From a virus: DNA of 64,000 nucleotides. Shown piece after piece: positions 31,931-41,672 of the stretch. The position numbers and the translations under genes were made by a program. Each line of letters begins with the position of its first letter. Positions within the stretch are counted from its first letter, which is position 1. The stretch is taken from positions 75,240 through 139,239 of the IMG/VR virus record IMGVR_UViG_3300025030_000046, one strand, 5' to 3'. The notes beneath the pieces are model-generated. The model worked only from the letters and a program-made list of their open reading frames with translations. It was not told where the DNA came from and did no database searches.

Positions 31931-32401
31931 ATGAGATTAAAAGAATTATCTGATTATAAAAATAAAATTATCTCTAAAATTATTGATAATGAAAACTTAG
32001 TAAAAGCATTATCTAATAATACAGAGGATTTTTTAGACCAGCCTCTTATATCTGATGTAACAAGCATTATATATAAAAATGTTTTTCCATATAAATATAT
32101 ACCTTCGGCACAAGAAACAGCAAGTTCATATATCACAATGGCGTTTACAAATTTTTCACCGCAAAACAGAGAATTCAAAGTCGGAAATATCTATTTCTAT
32201 ATAATATGCCACAATAATTTATTAAAAACTAATTATGGCTGTCTTAGGTATGATTACATAGTTAACCTTATAGATGAAATATTTAATGACACTGGAAATA
32301 TAAGTATTGGGGATTTTAAATTTGATTCTATGAGTGACTTTCAGGTAGATAGTAATCATATAGGATGTTGGATTTGCTATGAAGCAAGGAGTTTTAACTA
32401 A
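31931..32401 (+). CDS. tail terminator/completion protein
   Basis: Position; VFPYKYIP and LRYDYI motifs. Confidence 0.55.
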   Translation: MRLKELSDYKNKIISKIIDNENLVKALSNNTEDFLDQPLISDVTSIIYKNVFPYKYIPSAQETASSYITMAFTNFSPQNREFKVGNIYFYIICHNNLLKTNYGCLRYDYIVNLIDEIFNDTGNISIGDFKFDSMSDFQVDSNHIGCWICYEARSFN

Positions 32402-32409
32402 TTTATAAT

Positions 32410-33093
32410 ATGGAAAAACTTAGATTATTAGCAAATCTACCTGTTTATGTTGATAAAATCCCTATATATTCTCCTACTCTTAAAAGCATTGCAGAAATAG
32501 GTAAAAAAGAATATTCGTTTTTTTTATCTAGCTGTATCATCACCAAAGATATATTAGTAGATAAAGATATGTTTCACGACATAAGTGATTTTGAAATATT
32601 AACTCATATGTGCCTTAAAAGTAATTTGTATCCAACATTTATTAATTCTTTATTTTATTTCACCAAGTTAGAATTTAGCATGGCAGAACTTAATAGTAAA
32701 GAGCTAGTTTTTATGTGCGATGACATTGAATTAAATAAAACTAATTATCACTCATTTATCGAAAATATAAAATATGTTAATAGATTAGAAGTTCAAGAAA
32801 CTAAAGAAATGGACGAATTTGATAGGCGTTGTGCAGAAGCAGAGAAAAAGATTCAAGAACATGCTGGTAAAGATGATCAGCCAGAGCTAGAAGATTTAAT
32901 TTCCGCTGTAGCTAATATGGATGGAAATGGTCTTAATATAATGAACATTTGGGGTCTAAATATCTATCAATTCTATGAACAATTACAAAGAGGTCAATTG
33001 AAAGAACAATATAGATTGGCTATGAAACAATTGTTAGCTGGAGCAAAACCAGAAGAAATAACAGTTGAATCATATTTCAAAACAATTAAATAA
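32410..33093 (+). CDS. hypothetical tail-region protein (YomV-like)
   Basis: IYSPTLKSI and IWGLNIYQFY motifs; position. Confidence 0.55.
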   Translation: MEKLRLLANLPVYVDKIPIYSPTLKSIAEIGKKEYSFFLSSCIITKDILVDKDMFHDISDFEILTHMCLKSNLYPTFINSLFYFTKLEFSMAELNSKELVFMCDDIELNKTNYHSFIENIKYVNRLEVQETKEMDEFDRRCAEAEKKIQEHAGKDDQPELEDLISAVANMDGNGLNIMNIWGLNIYQFYEQLQRGQLKEQYRLAMKQLLAGAKPEEITVESYFKTIK

Positions 33094-33117
33094 AATATAA
33101 AACAGGAGGTATTTAAC

Positions 33118-33906
33118 ATGGCACTCGGACAAAAACAGATCTGGGCTAAAGTTCTTGATTTTACAATTCAAGATTATACTACTAAGGCTGTTGTAGCACA
33201 GGTAAAATACGCCACAGATGCTAGTATATCTGAAGCGTATGAAAAACTAGAAATAAAAGGTGGAAGTGATAATCAGATTCAATATACAAATTATCATTCA
33301 CCAACAGCTAAGTTTTCTGCAAAATTACCATTGATAGATGACAATATAGTTGCAGCTAAAACAGGTGCTTCCAATGTAGTTGGAGCGCAGACAAATGCTT
33401 TTGATGACACTTTTACTGTAGATGCAACGGCTGGAACAATTACCTTACCAGTTACGGGCATTGTAAGTGGTACATTGAAAGTTTACAATGTTGATATTGA
33501 TGATAATCTAGGTACAGAAGTAACTGCGGTAGCTTCAGCACCAACATTGGAACAGTATTCTATTACTGGAAGTGTTCTTACTTTTAATACTGGTAAAAAG
33601 GGTACTAGAATGTTAGTTATTTGTGACTATACAACTGGAGCTACTGCTAGTGGAGTTAAAATGATAAGTGGTAAACTTCCAAAGCTTATTAGAATCACAG
33701 CTAAAACTAAAGTTGAAGATAAGTCTGGTAATATTGCTATTAAAACTATAATCATAGAAAAGGCTAAACCCGATCCAAATTTTGAATTCGCAACTAGCAC
33801 ATCTGCCGCAAGTTTGGCATTTGATTGTGAAGTATTTGGTTACACAAACGATGATGGAGATGATCAATTCTTCAATCTAGTAACAGACCCAGAACTTGAC
33901 GTATAA
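33118..33906 (+). CDS. major tail tube protein
   Basis: 262 aa, beta-rich, strong RBS, position. Confidence 0.65.
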   Translation: MALGQKQIWAKVLDFTIQDYTTKAVVAQVKYATDASISEAYEKLEIKGGSDNQIQYTNYHSPTAKFSAKLPLIDDNIVAAKTGASNVVGAQTNAFDDTFTVDATAGTITLPVTGIVSGTLKVYNVDIDDNLGTEVTAVASAPTLEQYSITGSVLTFNTGKKGTRMLVICDYTTGATASGVKMISGKLPKLIRITAKTKVEDKSGNIAIKTIIIEKAKPDPNFEFATSTSAASLAFDCEVFGYTNDDGDDQFFNLVTDPELDV

Positions 33907-33917
33907 GAGGTGATATT

Positions 33918-34109
33918 ATGACAAAATTTCTTGTTTATTGTCATCCAGCAGTTCCGAGTATAGGTATTAAAACTAATACGTGGTACTCGTTAGAAGAGTT
34001 GCAATTAAAGTATAGCTTAGAGCATATTAAGTGCTTTTTTCACCCTGCTAACTTCGGTTGGGAAGAACTTGAACCTGAAACAAAACCAATAGTAAAAACA
34101 TCAAAATAA
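33918..34109 (+). CDS. hypothetical protein
   Basis: GAGGTG RBS. Confidence 0.55.
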   Translation: MTKFLVYCHPAVPSIGIKTNTWYSLEELQLKYSLEHIKCFFHPANFGWEELEPETKPIVKTSK

Positions 34110-34353
34110 TCTAAAATATAAAATAGGGAAGTGTATAAAAATGATTACTTCCCTATTTTTAATTCTTATAAAATAATCTACGAATACAACGAGATTTCTT
34201 CTCGTTTCTATAAAATTCAAAACAATTTTAAATATTAATCAAACGAAGATTTTATCAAATTTTCAAGTTTTCAACACCTACAGCCACAAGGCTTTCGATT
34301 TTTTAACAAATTCAAAAACATAAACAAAAATATAAATAAAGGAGGTAATTAAA

Positions 34354-35247
34354 TTGAATCAATATCAAGAGTATAAAGGTCAAATATTAGGAGCAACAGA
34401 AGAAGGTTTTACAAGACAATTAAAATGTGGCGACGATGGAGTTTTACAGACTTCTATATCATCTGGAAACAACCTAATAGGTGCAACAATGACTCATGGA
34501 GACGTTCCTATGGTGTTAGTTGATACAACAAGAGAAACACCAATAGGATCAGTATTAGGTGCAAACGCAGTTTATATATCTCCTGTCGTAGATAGACCAG
34601 AACAATCAATACCCGATGGATATATGAGAATATGGGCATTATCAGATCAATCAGGAACATTGTATCTTGAAGAAAGTAATCAAAGTAGCTCTGGTTGGAC
34701 AACAACTGCTACCGTGGTTGTATCTGCTGGAGTGTCTAATATAATGACATGGACAAAACTAACCAAACGATATTCAAGGTGTAGATATGTAAATGGTGCT
34801 ACTCCACAAGCAAGTTTTATAATGCTACACTACATGCTTGGTGTTGGCGTTACTCCAATTAGAGTTGAAGATGGAGACATAGTAACGATAGGTACAAAGA
34901 ATGACACAGCAGTAATTGACCCTACAGCATCGGGTTCGGTGAATGCTAACTTAAAAGGTATAATGAAATCCATACAAGGAAGTGCAATAAACTCTTGTGG
35001 AATAGTAAATGTTACTACAGCAGGAACAAGGGTGCAATTACCAAATATTCCATGCAGAGAAGTTACTATAATTGCTAAGAGATTAACTACTGGATATATA
35101 TATGCAGGTAATAATGCGGTTTCTGCTGCAAGTTATGGAGTAGAGCTTGCAGCAAAAGAGAGTTTCACATTTGCTGTAGCTAATGCCAATCAGGTATATA
35201 TTGATGCTTCTGTAAGTGGGGAGGGGATTTCTTATGTCGCAATCTAG
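34354..35247 (+). CDS. putative virion appendage protein (beta-sandwich domains)
   Basis: 297 aa, AGGAGG RBS, two jelly-roll-like segments. Confidence 0.6.
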   Translation: MNQYQEYKGQILGATEEGFTRQLKCGDDGVLQTSISSGNNLIGATMTHGDVPMVLVDTTRETPIGSVLGANAVYISPVVDRPEQSIPDGYMRIWALSDQSGTLYLEESNQSSSGWTTTATVVVSAGVSNIMTWTKLTKRYSRCRYVNGATPQASFIMLHYMLGVGVTPIRVEDGDIVTIGTKNDTAVIDPTASGSVNANLKGIMKSIQGSAINSCGIVNVTTAGTRVQLPNIPCREVTIIAKRLTTGYIYAGNNAVSAASYGVELAAKESFTFAVANANQVYIDASVSGEGISYVAI

Positions 35248-36478
35248 ATATGATGCAAGCGGAAGTACTAAGACATTATTGGCTGATATTGCGAATAAGA
35301 TACTACCGTCGAATTATGTTATTCGAGACGGAATATTATTAGAAGATTTCTCGGTTATTAGTGGATGGACAGATTCTAGCAAGTTGTCATTAGACACCTC
35401 TATTGCACCATTTGGAAATGCATCTACTAAGTTTACAGAAACAACAGCAGGAGCAACGACAAGTATAGATAAAACTGTAAACTGGAATATAAAAAACTGT
35501 GAATCCATAGGAATTTGGTTTACTTGCGATACTGCAAATTTAAATACTCTTAGAATATATGTAAGTTCTATGGCAAATTTATCAAAATATTACACATTGT
35601 TATTTAATTCTGTGACTGGATATCCTTTTAAAACAGGATTAAATTACTTGAAAATACCAAGGACTGCATTTACTAACTCTGGTTCAGATAATTTTATAAA
35701 CACAATGGTAAAAATTAGATTCAATGTGGAATCAAAAGCAGGACAAAATGCAATTGTTAACTTTCATAAAATTGAATATAATCAAAAGTCTGTTCCAAGT
35801 GTAATGTTTAGCTTTGACGATGGGGAAAACACTGTATATAATAATATCTTTGAATATATGAGAGACAGGGGAGTAAAAGCGTCGGTAAATATTGTATCTG
35901 ACCTTATTGGTCAAGTTGGAAGATTTACAACTGTAATGTTAGACGATATGTATGACGCAGGGTGGGACATATGCCCTCATGCTAAAACGGCAGCGGATTA
36001 TAACGTTATAACAAACGAGCAAGTAATAGTAGATGCCACAACTGTAAGAGACTACATTTTGGGAAGAGGATATGTAAGAGGAGCGTATCATTGGGCATAC
36101 CCAAACGGCAGCGCCAATGATGCAGTAATAGCTACATTGCAAGGCTTAGGTGTTTTAACTGGAAGAGTATACAGCGCCCCAGGCTACATTTCGACTCCTA
36201 CCGATAACATGATGAAGCTTTTCTGCCAGCGAATGGAATCTGCTACCACAGGAGCTGGAATGATTGCAATGGTTAAGAATTGCATTAACTATGGCGGTAT
36301 GAGCGTAGAGTTTGCTGGTCATAGCGTTGTAACCTCTGTCCCATCAGGATTGCAAATACTAGACACTGAATTAAAAACTTTTATTGATTGGTTAGTTGCC
36401 AACAAGATAAATGTCGTAACAAAATCAGAATGGTATAACCAAAATGTTAACCCTAGATTTTTGGCGGCAAAAAGATAG
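35234..36478 (+). CDS. polysaccharide deacetylase (NodB-like) domain virion protein
   Basis: FSFDDG, GWDICPH, AYPNG motifs; ATG 35234 follows GAGGGG. Confidence 0.8.
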   Translation: MSQSRYDASGSTKTLLADIANKILPSNYVIRDGILLEDFSVISGWTDSSKLSLDTSIAPFGNASTKFTETTAGATTSIDKTVNWNIKNCESIGIWFTCDTANLNTLRIYVSSMANLSKYYTLLFNSVTGYPFKTGLNYLKIPRTAFTNSGSDNFINTMVKIRFNVESKAGQNAIVNFHKIEYNQKSVPSVMFSFDDGENTVYNNIFEYMRDRGVKASVNIVSDLIGQVGRFTTVMLDDMYDAGWDICPHAKTAADYNVITNEQVIVDATTVRDYILGRGYVRGAYHWAYPNGSANDAVIATLQGLGVLTGRVYSAPGYISTPTDNMMKLFCQRMESATTGAGMIAMVKNCINYGGMSVEFAGHSVVTSVPSGLQILDTELKTFIDWLVANKINVVTKSEWYNQNVNPRFLAAKR

Positions 36479-36588
36479 TTAGTACTCAATAGGACTAAAT
36501 TATTCACTAAACTAAAATATAAAATAGTTGTAATTCAATAACAAGCATGATACATTAAGAGTAATAATACATATTTACTTTTAGGGAG

Positions 36589-37581
36589 GTGTTGTGTTTG
36601 TTATTAAATCAAACAAATACAGAGATTATACTTACATTAGCAAATCATATTTGTTCGGAATTTCATGAAGTAAATCAAGAAAAACTAATTATGATTCTTT
36701 CTGATTATGATATCCAAGAAAAAATTACAGACGACGGTAAAGACCTTCAAGATAAAATCAAAATGTATCTGTCGGCTAAAAAATTAGAAGGACTAAGCAA
36801 AGAAACTTTGAGAGGTTATAAATTCGAACTTGGTAGATTTTGCAATGAAATTAAAAAGCCAGTTGAAGATATTATAACTTCGGATATAAGATTTTATCTT
36901 AGTTTATCAAGTGAATTGAAACTAAGCACACTAAGTTCAAAATTATCCACGCTTAAAAGTTTCTTTGTTTGGCTAACGGATAACGAAATTATACCCAAAG
37001 ATATAACTAGACAAATTAAGCCCCCTAAAAAAGAGAAAAGATTGGTTAAGGCTTTAAATATCGAAGAATTAGAGTTGCTGAGAGAATCTTGTGTAACTCT
37101 AAGAGAAAGAGCATTAGTTGAATTATTTTATGCCACTGGATGTAGGCTTTCTGAAATTGTTCAATTGAACCGTAGTAGTATAGACTTTTCTGATCAATCA
37201 GTTAAAGTTATTGGCAAAGGTAATAAGGAGAGAATTGTATATTTTGGATTTAAAGCTATTTACCACCTTAAAAAATATTTGATGTCCAGATTAGATCAAG
37301 ATCCTGCTCTATTTGTAACTGAGCGCAAACCATATAGACGAATGAAAAATCGGGCGATACAAAAACAATTTACAAAGATAGCGGAAAGAACTGGATTAGA
37401 TAAGAATATTCACCCACATATTATGAGACATACGCTGGCAACCCTATTGCTTAATAATGGAGCTGATATAGTTACTGTGCAAAATATTTTGGGACATGAG
37501 AATCCTGCAACTACTCAGATATATGCACAACTCACAGAACGGCGGAAGCATGAACAATATAAAAAATTCTTGGTTCAATGA
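36589..37581 (+). CDS. XerC/D-like tyrosine recombinase with intact catalytic set
   Basis: TGCRLSE, GKGNK, HPHIMRH, LGH, TTQIY. Confidence 0.92.
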   Translation: MLCLLLNQTNTEIILTLANHICSEFHEVNQEKLIMILSDYDIQEKITDDGKDLQDKIKMYLSAKKLEGLSKETLRGYKFELGRFCNEIKKPVEDIITSDIRFYLSLSSELKLSTLSSKLSTLKSFFVWLTDNEIIPKDITRQIKPPKKEKRLVKALNIEELELLRESCVTLRERALVELFYATGCRLSEIVQLNRSSIDFSDQSVKVIGKGNKERIVYFGFKAIYHLKKYLMSRLDQDPALFVTERKPYRRMKNRAIQKQFTKIAERTGLDKNIHPHIMRHTLATLLLNNGADIVTVQNILGHENPATTQIYAQLTERRKHEQYKKFLVQ

Positions 37582-37619
37582 AGTAAAATATAAAACAAAT
37601 AGAATAAAAGGAGAAATAT

Positions 37620-38168
37620 ATGAAAATATTTGAACAAATTAAACCTATAGAAATAAATTTTCAAGATGAAAAAATATTAATCAATCAAAATATAAAATTA
37701 CTTGATAAGCGAGTATTTGTAGATTTATGCGTTGATAATTATTTTATTAAAGATGAAGTTACTGGTGAAATAATTAGTACTTCTGATTTTGATAAAGACA
37801 CTACTTATTTTTATTGCATAATCAAGTATATGACTAATATGGAAATTCCAGACGATATGATACTGTCCGATCTTTATGACAATATCGTTGGCAGCGGATT
37901 GTATAATTTAATTTACGATGCGATACCTTATAACATAAAAAGTGACATTAATCGTAAAATCGAGGATTCTATTGATGATATTAAATATAAAATAGAAGAA
38001 AAAAATAGTATCAAAAATATAATAGTTGACGCTATTCAAGCTTTAATTTCAAAGATTCCTTCAGAAAAAGAACTTCAGAAAATTATAAAGAAAGCTAAGA
38101 AAGAATTCGAGAGCTTTGACCCAAATAAAATGCAAGCAGTTCAGGAAATGTTAAAGGTTGTAAAATAA
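37620..38168 (+). CDS. hypothetical protein, possible tail assembly chaperone
   Basis: 182 aa, AAGGAG RBS. Confidence 0.55.
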   Translation: MKIFEQIKPIEINFQDEKILINQNIKLLDKRVFVDLCVDNYFIKDEVTGEIISTSDFDKDTTYFYCIIKYMTNMEIPDDMILSDLYDNIVGSGLYNLIYDAIPYNIKSDINRKIEDSIDDIKYKIEEKNSIKNIIVDAIQALISKIPSEKELQKIIKKAKKEFESFDPNKMQAVQEMLKVVK

Positions 38169-38198
38169 TATTAAATTAAAACATATAGGAGGAATAAT

Positions 38199-38474
38199 AT
38201 GCCAGCATATTTCGGCTCGACCAACATTTTAACTTCTACCGCCAATCAGGAAATAATTCAGCAACATAAACCGTCAGGATGGACTATTACAATAGAAGCT
38301 TATAAATTTGAATTTAAAAGTTTGCAAGATTGCCATATTAAAATCAATGACGGTGCTTCAATATTTTTTGAAGCAGGATATGAATTTATAGTTGATATAT
38401 CAGATATATCAGTATATAAGTTTGTGATTGTTGAATCTGGAATACAATATAAGTATTTTGGTACTTATAGATAG
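38199..38474 (+). CDS. small beta-rich virion protein
   Basis: AGGAGG RBS. Confidence 0.55.
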   Translation: MPAYFGSTNILTSTANQEIIQQHKPSGWTITIEAYKFEFKSLQDCHIKINDGASIFFEAGYEFIVDISDISVYKFVIVESGIQYKYFGTYR

Positions 38475-38484
38475 GAGTGATAAA

Positions 38485-39915
38485 ATGAGAAAACAGGGAT
38501 TTTTTCAAGGAGATGCAAAAAACGATTATACAAATAAAGATTATGTTGATTCACAAGTTAATGTAGTTGCTTCTAGTATCAGCAATGTAAATACACAAGT
38601 GACAAGTCACAGTGCGCAATTGGCGGAAATTGCGTTTAACGTAAAACTTTTTGGGGCTAAAGGAGACGGTACAACTGACGATACAGCCGCTTTGCAAACA
38701 GCTATTAGCGCCGTAAAAACTGCTGGTGGGGGAACATTGTTATTCCCAAAAGGTACATACCTAATTAGTAATCAGTTATCTATATCATCTGTTACCCATA
38801 TGCATTGTATTGGCGCAAAAGATGGAAGTTCAATCATAAAACGACCTTCTGGTGCGGGGAATAATTTATTGGTAATTGATGGTTCAAACAAAGTAACAGT
38901 TGAAGGATTATATTTCTTGGGAACTGGTGATGTTGCATCAGATTTAGGCAACCTTCCACGAGGTATTATATTATCAAACTCCAATGATATTCGAATTATA
39001 GACAACTGGTTTTCTGACTTAGCAGGATTCGGAATCGAAATGGGCAACTCAAGTTATAACGTTCAGGTCAGAGGAAATACTCTTTGGAATATAGGCAATT
39101 CGTTAGCCCAAGATGGTGCGGGTGACGGTCATGCTATTTCGATGGCTTATTACTTGACGGATGGAACTACATCTATTATTGAACGTGTAGTGATAACCAA
39201 TAATTTAATACATGACTGCCGAGTTCGTGGAATTGAGGTTTGGACGAGTACTGGCGGTTCAGTAAAAGATGTTGTTATTTCTAATAATATAATAAAAAAT
39301 ACATCAAGAACTGGTATTGCAGTATTTCATGATGGAACTGGAACTATCAACAATATACTAATAGAAGGAAATTCTTTGGATTCGTGCGGTAATGCTAACT
39401 GTAATGGCTCAATTGAAATTTTAGGTGCAAATACAAGAGATGTTGTTATCAAAGGTAATTCTATCAAGAGTTCGGGTTCTGGGGGAATTGACTTAGATAG
39501 TTCCACTAAAGCAATTTTAATATCAGAAAATGTGATTAACTATGCAAGCTGGCGTGGGGTTTGTATACGTAGTACAACTTCATTAATTTCGGTTTTGGGT
39601 AATGTAATTCGAAATTGCGGCAATGAAGGTATTATTGTTGCTGCATCAAATTGTTTAATCAAAGGTAATATTTGCTTGGATAATGGTGTAGCTATAGCTA
39701 ATAATTACAATGGTATAAATATTGATGGTGGTATTAACTGCGTAGCAGAAGGTAATTTGTGTAAAAATGTAGATAGTGCTGGTAATCAACATTATGGCAT
39801 GCGTTTAGCTGGTAGTGGACATATTTGCGTAAATAATAATTGCGTAGGAAACTACACAGGAGCTATTACTGATGTTTCAACAAGCTCTACGTTAGCTAAC
39901 AATATTACTACATAA
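38485..39915 (+). CDS. pectate-lyase-like right-handed beta-helix (depolymerase/appendage) protein
   Basis: FNVKLFGAKGDGTTDDTAALQTAI...LFPKGTY followed by parallel beta-helix repeats; ATG 38485 follows AGGAG. Confidence 0.85.
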   Translation: MRKQGFFQGDAKNDYTNKDYVDSQVNVVASSISNVNTQVTSHSAQLAEIAFNVKLFGAKGDGTTDDTAALQTAISAVKTAGGGTLLFPKGTYLISNQLSISSVTHMHCIGAKDGSSIIKRPSGAGNNLLVIDGSNKVTVEGLYFLGTGDVASDLGNLPRGIILSNSNDIRIIDNWFSDLAGFGIEMGNSSYNVQVRGNTLWNIGNSLAQDGAGDGHAISMAYYLTDGTTSIIERVVITNNLIHDCRVRGIEVWTSTGGSVKDVVISNNIIKNTSRTGIAVFHDGTGTINNILIEGNSLDSCGNANCNGSIEILGANTRDVVIKGNSIKSSGSGGIDLDSSTKAILISENVINYASWRGVCIRSTTSLISVLGNVIRNCGNEGIIVAASNCLIKGNICLDNGVAIANNYNGINIDGGINCVAEGNLCKNVDSAGNQHYGMRLAGSGHICVNNNCVGNYTGAITDVSTSSTLANNITT

Positions 39916-39946
39916 TAGGACAAATATATACGTGGAAGTAGATAAA

Positions 39947-40102
39947 ATGATAAAGATATTAATAAGATGGACGATGTTTAAATTTACAAAAAAATTAACT
40001 GTTGATATATCCCAGCCACGAAGTTGTTTTCAATGTCTTCAATATCTTAATAGGGAATTTAATTGTGGAGATTGCTCGTTGCAGAAATATAATTCGCAAT
40101 AG
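39947..40102 (+). CDS. small Cys-motif cassette ORF (51 aa)
   Basis: Manual translation ...CFQC...CGDC...NSQ*; the stop codon lies inside a repeat site. Confidence 0.45.
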   Translation: MIKILIRWTMFKFTKKLTVDISQPRSCFQCLQYLNREFNCGDCSLQKYNSQ

Positions 40103-40171
40103 GACAAAAGTATGTACTAGTGTGTATTAATAAATATTAGTATACAATGATAAAATATGTTATAATTATTT

Positions 40172-40325
40172 TAGTAGGAAAATACGGTCAGCTGGTTTGT
40201 TAGGTAGTGCGCATATAAAGCAAACGAACTGATATGTACGTGATGTAGCTCAGTTGGTAGAGCGGGAGCCGCACGGGAGCCGCAAGCTCTGTGTCGTTGG
40301 TTCAAGTCCGACCTTCACCCTACTA
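40172..40325 (+). ncRNA. tRNA-like RNA (D arm and T arm intact, anticodon arm aberrant) inside a larger closing stem
   Basis: TAGCTCAGTTGGTAGAGC D arm; GTTGGTTCAAGTCCGAC T arm; 11-nt tandem duplication; TAGTAGG/CCTACTA end pairing; extended -10 at 40158-40166. Confidence 0.6.
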
Positions 40326-40390
40326 CAAATATACACTAATGTGACAAAAGTCATAAAATGTAATATAATTACCTGTAGGGGGTGGTTATA

Positions 40391-40555
40391 TTGGCTGTTA
40401 AAAGGCAAAACATAACGCTTGACCCTGAAGTGTTCGAAAAGTTTTGTACTATTGCAGGACGTAAGGGCATTAAGATCTCAACGTGGGTTAATCTAAAAAT
40501 GAAAGAGTTTATTGAGGAAGAGGAATCGAAAGTAACCAAGAAGGGGCACTCGTAA
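40391..40555 (+). CDS. ribbon-helix-helix (CopG-like) protein, 54 aa
   Basis: MAVKRQNITLDPEVFEKF...KISTWVN; GGGGGTG RBS; hairpin terminator overlaps the stop. Confidence 0.6.
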   Translation: MAVKRQNITLDPEVFEKFCTIAGRKGIKISTWVNLKMKEFIEEEESKVTKKGHS

Positions 40556-40581
40556 TGAGTGCTCTTTCTAAAAATAGCTAA

Positions 40582-40836
40582 ATGGAGGCTATAACAATGC
40601 ATGACCATAGATTTAAAGGGCAAAGAAAAGATACGGGAGAATGGGTTCGTGGAGAGTTAATAACATCAAATTGTCAAATTTTTATTAAAACATCACCGAT
40701 TATTGACACACAAATATCATGCAATGACGGAATGATGATTTCGGTTTTTGTATATGAAGTAATATGGGATACTGTAGAACCATATATTAAACCCGAAGAA
40801 GAAATCAAAAAATCAGGAGGGTGTTACGTAGCTTAA
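40582..40836 (+). CDS. YopX-like N-terminal domain protein
   Basis: HRFKGQRKDTGEWVRGEL and EVIWDTV motifs. Confidence 0.55.
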   Translation: MEAITMHDHRFKGQRKDTGEWVRGELITSNCQIFIKTSPIIDTQISCNDGMMISVFVYEVIWDTVEPYIKPEEEIKKSGGCYVA

Positions 40837-40926
40837 TACGCAATATACTAATCCATACTAATCTCTACAAGTCACTATTAATGCGACTTTGTGGATATGT
40901 AAGATAAACGGACTAAATTATTCACC

Positions 40927-40954
40927 AAGGGCTTACAATTGTAGGCTCTTTTTT
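40927..40954 (+). terminator. rho-independent terminator
   Basis: AAGGGCTTAC-AATT-GTAGGCTCTT plus T tract. Confidence 0.7.
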
Positions 40955-41050
40955 ATATTTAATGAAATGTCTGTTTTATGGAAATTCTGTAATTTGAAAC
41001 CCTTTGGAGAGTAAGGTTACAATTTTTACAATTTTGAAAGTGGTGATAAA

Positions 41051-41527
41051 ATGCCAGAATTTAAAAGTATTGCTGATTTAAATATATATCTTAAAAAGCA
41101 AATAATAGATGTGCTTAATAAGGAAGTTGCAACAGCAGTAAAGGACGAAATAGTAATGGCTGTAGACGATGTTGTATATGGTGCAGGAGATCCTAAAGAA
41201 TATATAAGGCGTGGATTATCCCCATCCTCAAATGGGCTAGGTGGTAAATCACAAATGCATCACACAGTAACTACGGATGGAACTTTAACAGTTACTGATA
41301 ATGCTGATTTTAACCATGATTTTGCAAATAACCATGATGGGTATGGATCAGTTGATTTATCTAAAAGTTTAACTGAAAATATTGAATATGGATATGGAAG
41401 CAAATCATTATGGTACAACAAGCCAAGACCATTTATAGCAAAAGCTAAAGAGAATCTTAAAAGTAATAAATACCACATAGAGAGAATGCGTGAAGGGCTA
41501 ATGGCTAGGGGAATTAAGGTTATTTAA
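41051..41527 (+). CDS. HK97 gp10-like tail completion/neck protein
   Basis: IEYG...KPRPFI motif. Confidence 0.6.
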   Translation: MPEFKSIADLNIYLKKQIIDVLNKEVATAVKDEIVMAVDDVVYGAGDPKEYIRRGLSPSSNGLGGKSQMHHTVTTDGTLTVTDNADFNHDFANNHDGYGSVDLSKSLTENIEYGYGSKSLWYNKPRPFIAKAKENLKSNKYHIERMREGLMARGIKVI

Positions 41528-41672
41528 ATAAAATTGTGCTTTGATTACCTTAATTAGTGGTTGAATAAACCATCAGTAACCTTAATTAGAATAGACCCCA
41601 AAAAGAGGTCTATTCCTGTTTTCGGAAATTATTAAATTTATATAGATATAAAATATAAAAGGCGGTGGGAAA

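Larger units (their letters stand above)
36492..40925 (+). repeat. 16-bp exact direct repeat GGACTAAATTATTCAC (36492-36507 and 40910-40925) with degenerate copies in between
   Basis: Read directly from sequence. Confidence 0.8.

Noticed and set aside
40239-40320. Functional tRNA-Cys(GCA)
   Set aside because: Aberrant and duplicated anticodon arm, mismatched acceptor stem and no CCA; reported as tRNA-like instead
40369-40623. 84-aa minus-strand ORF
   Set aside because: Shadow of the plus-strand RHH gene 40391..40555, which has an RBS, a recognisable fold and a terminator
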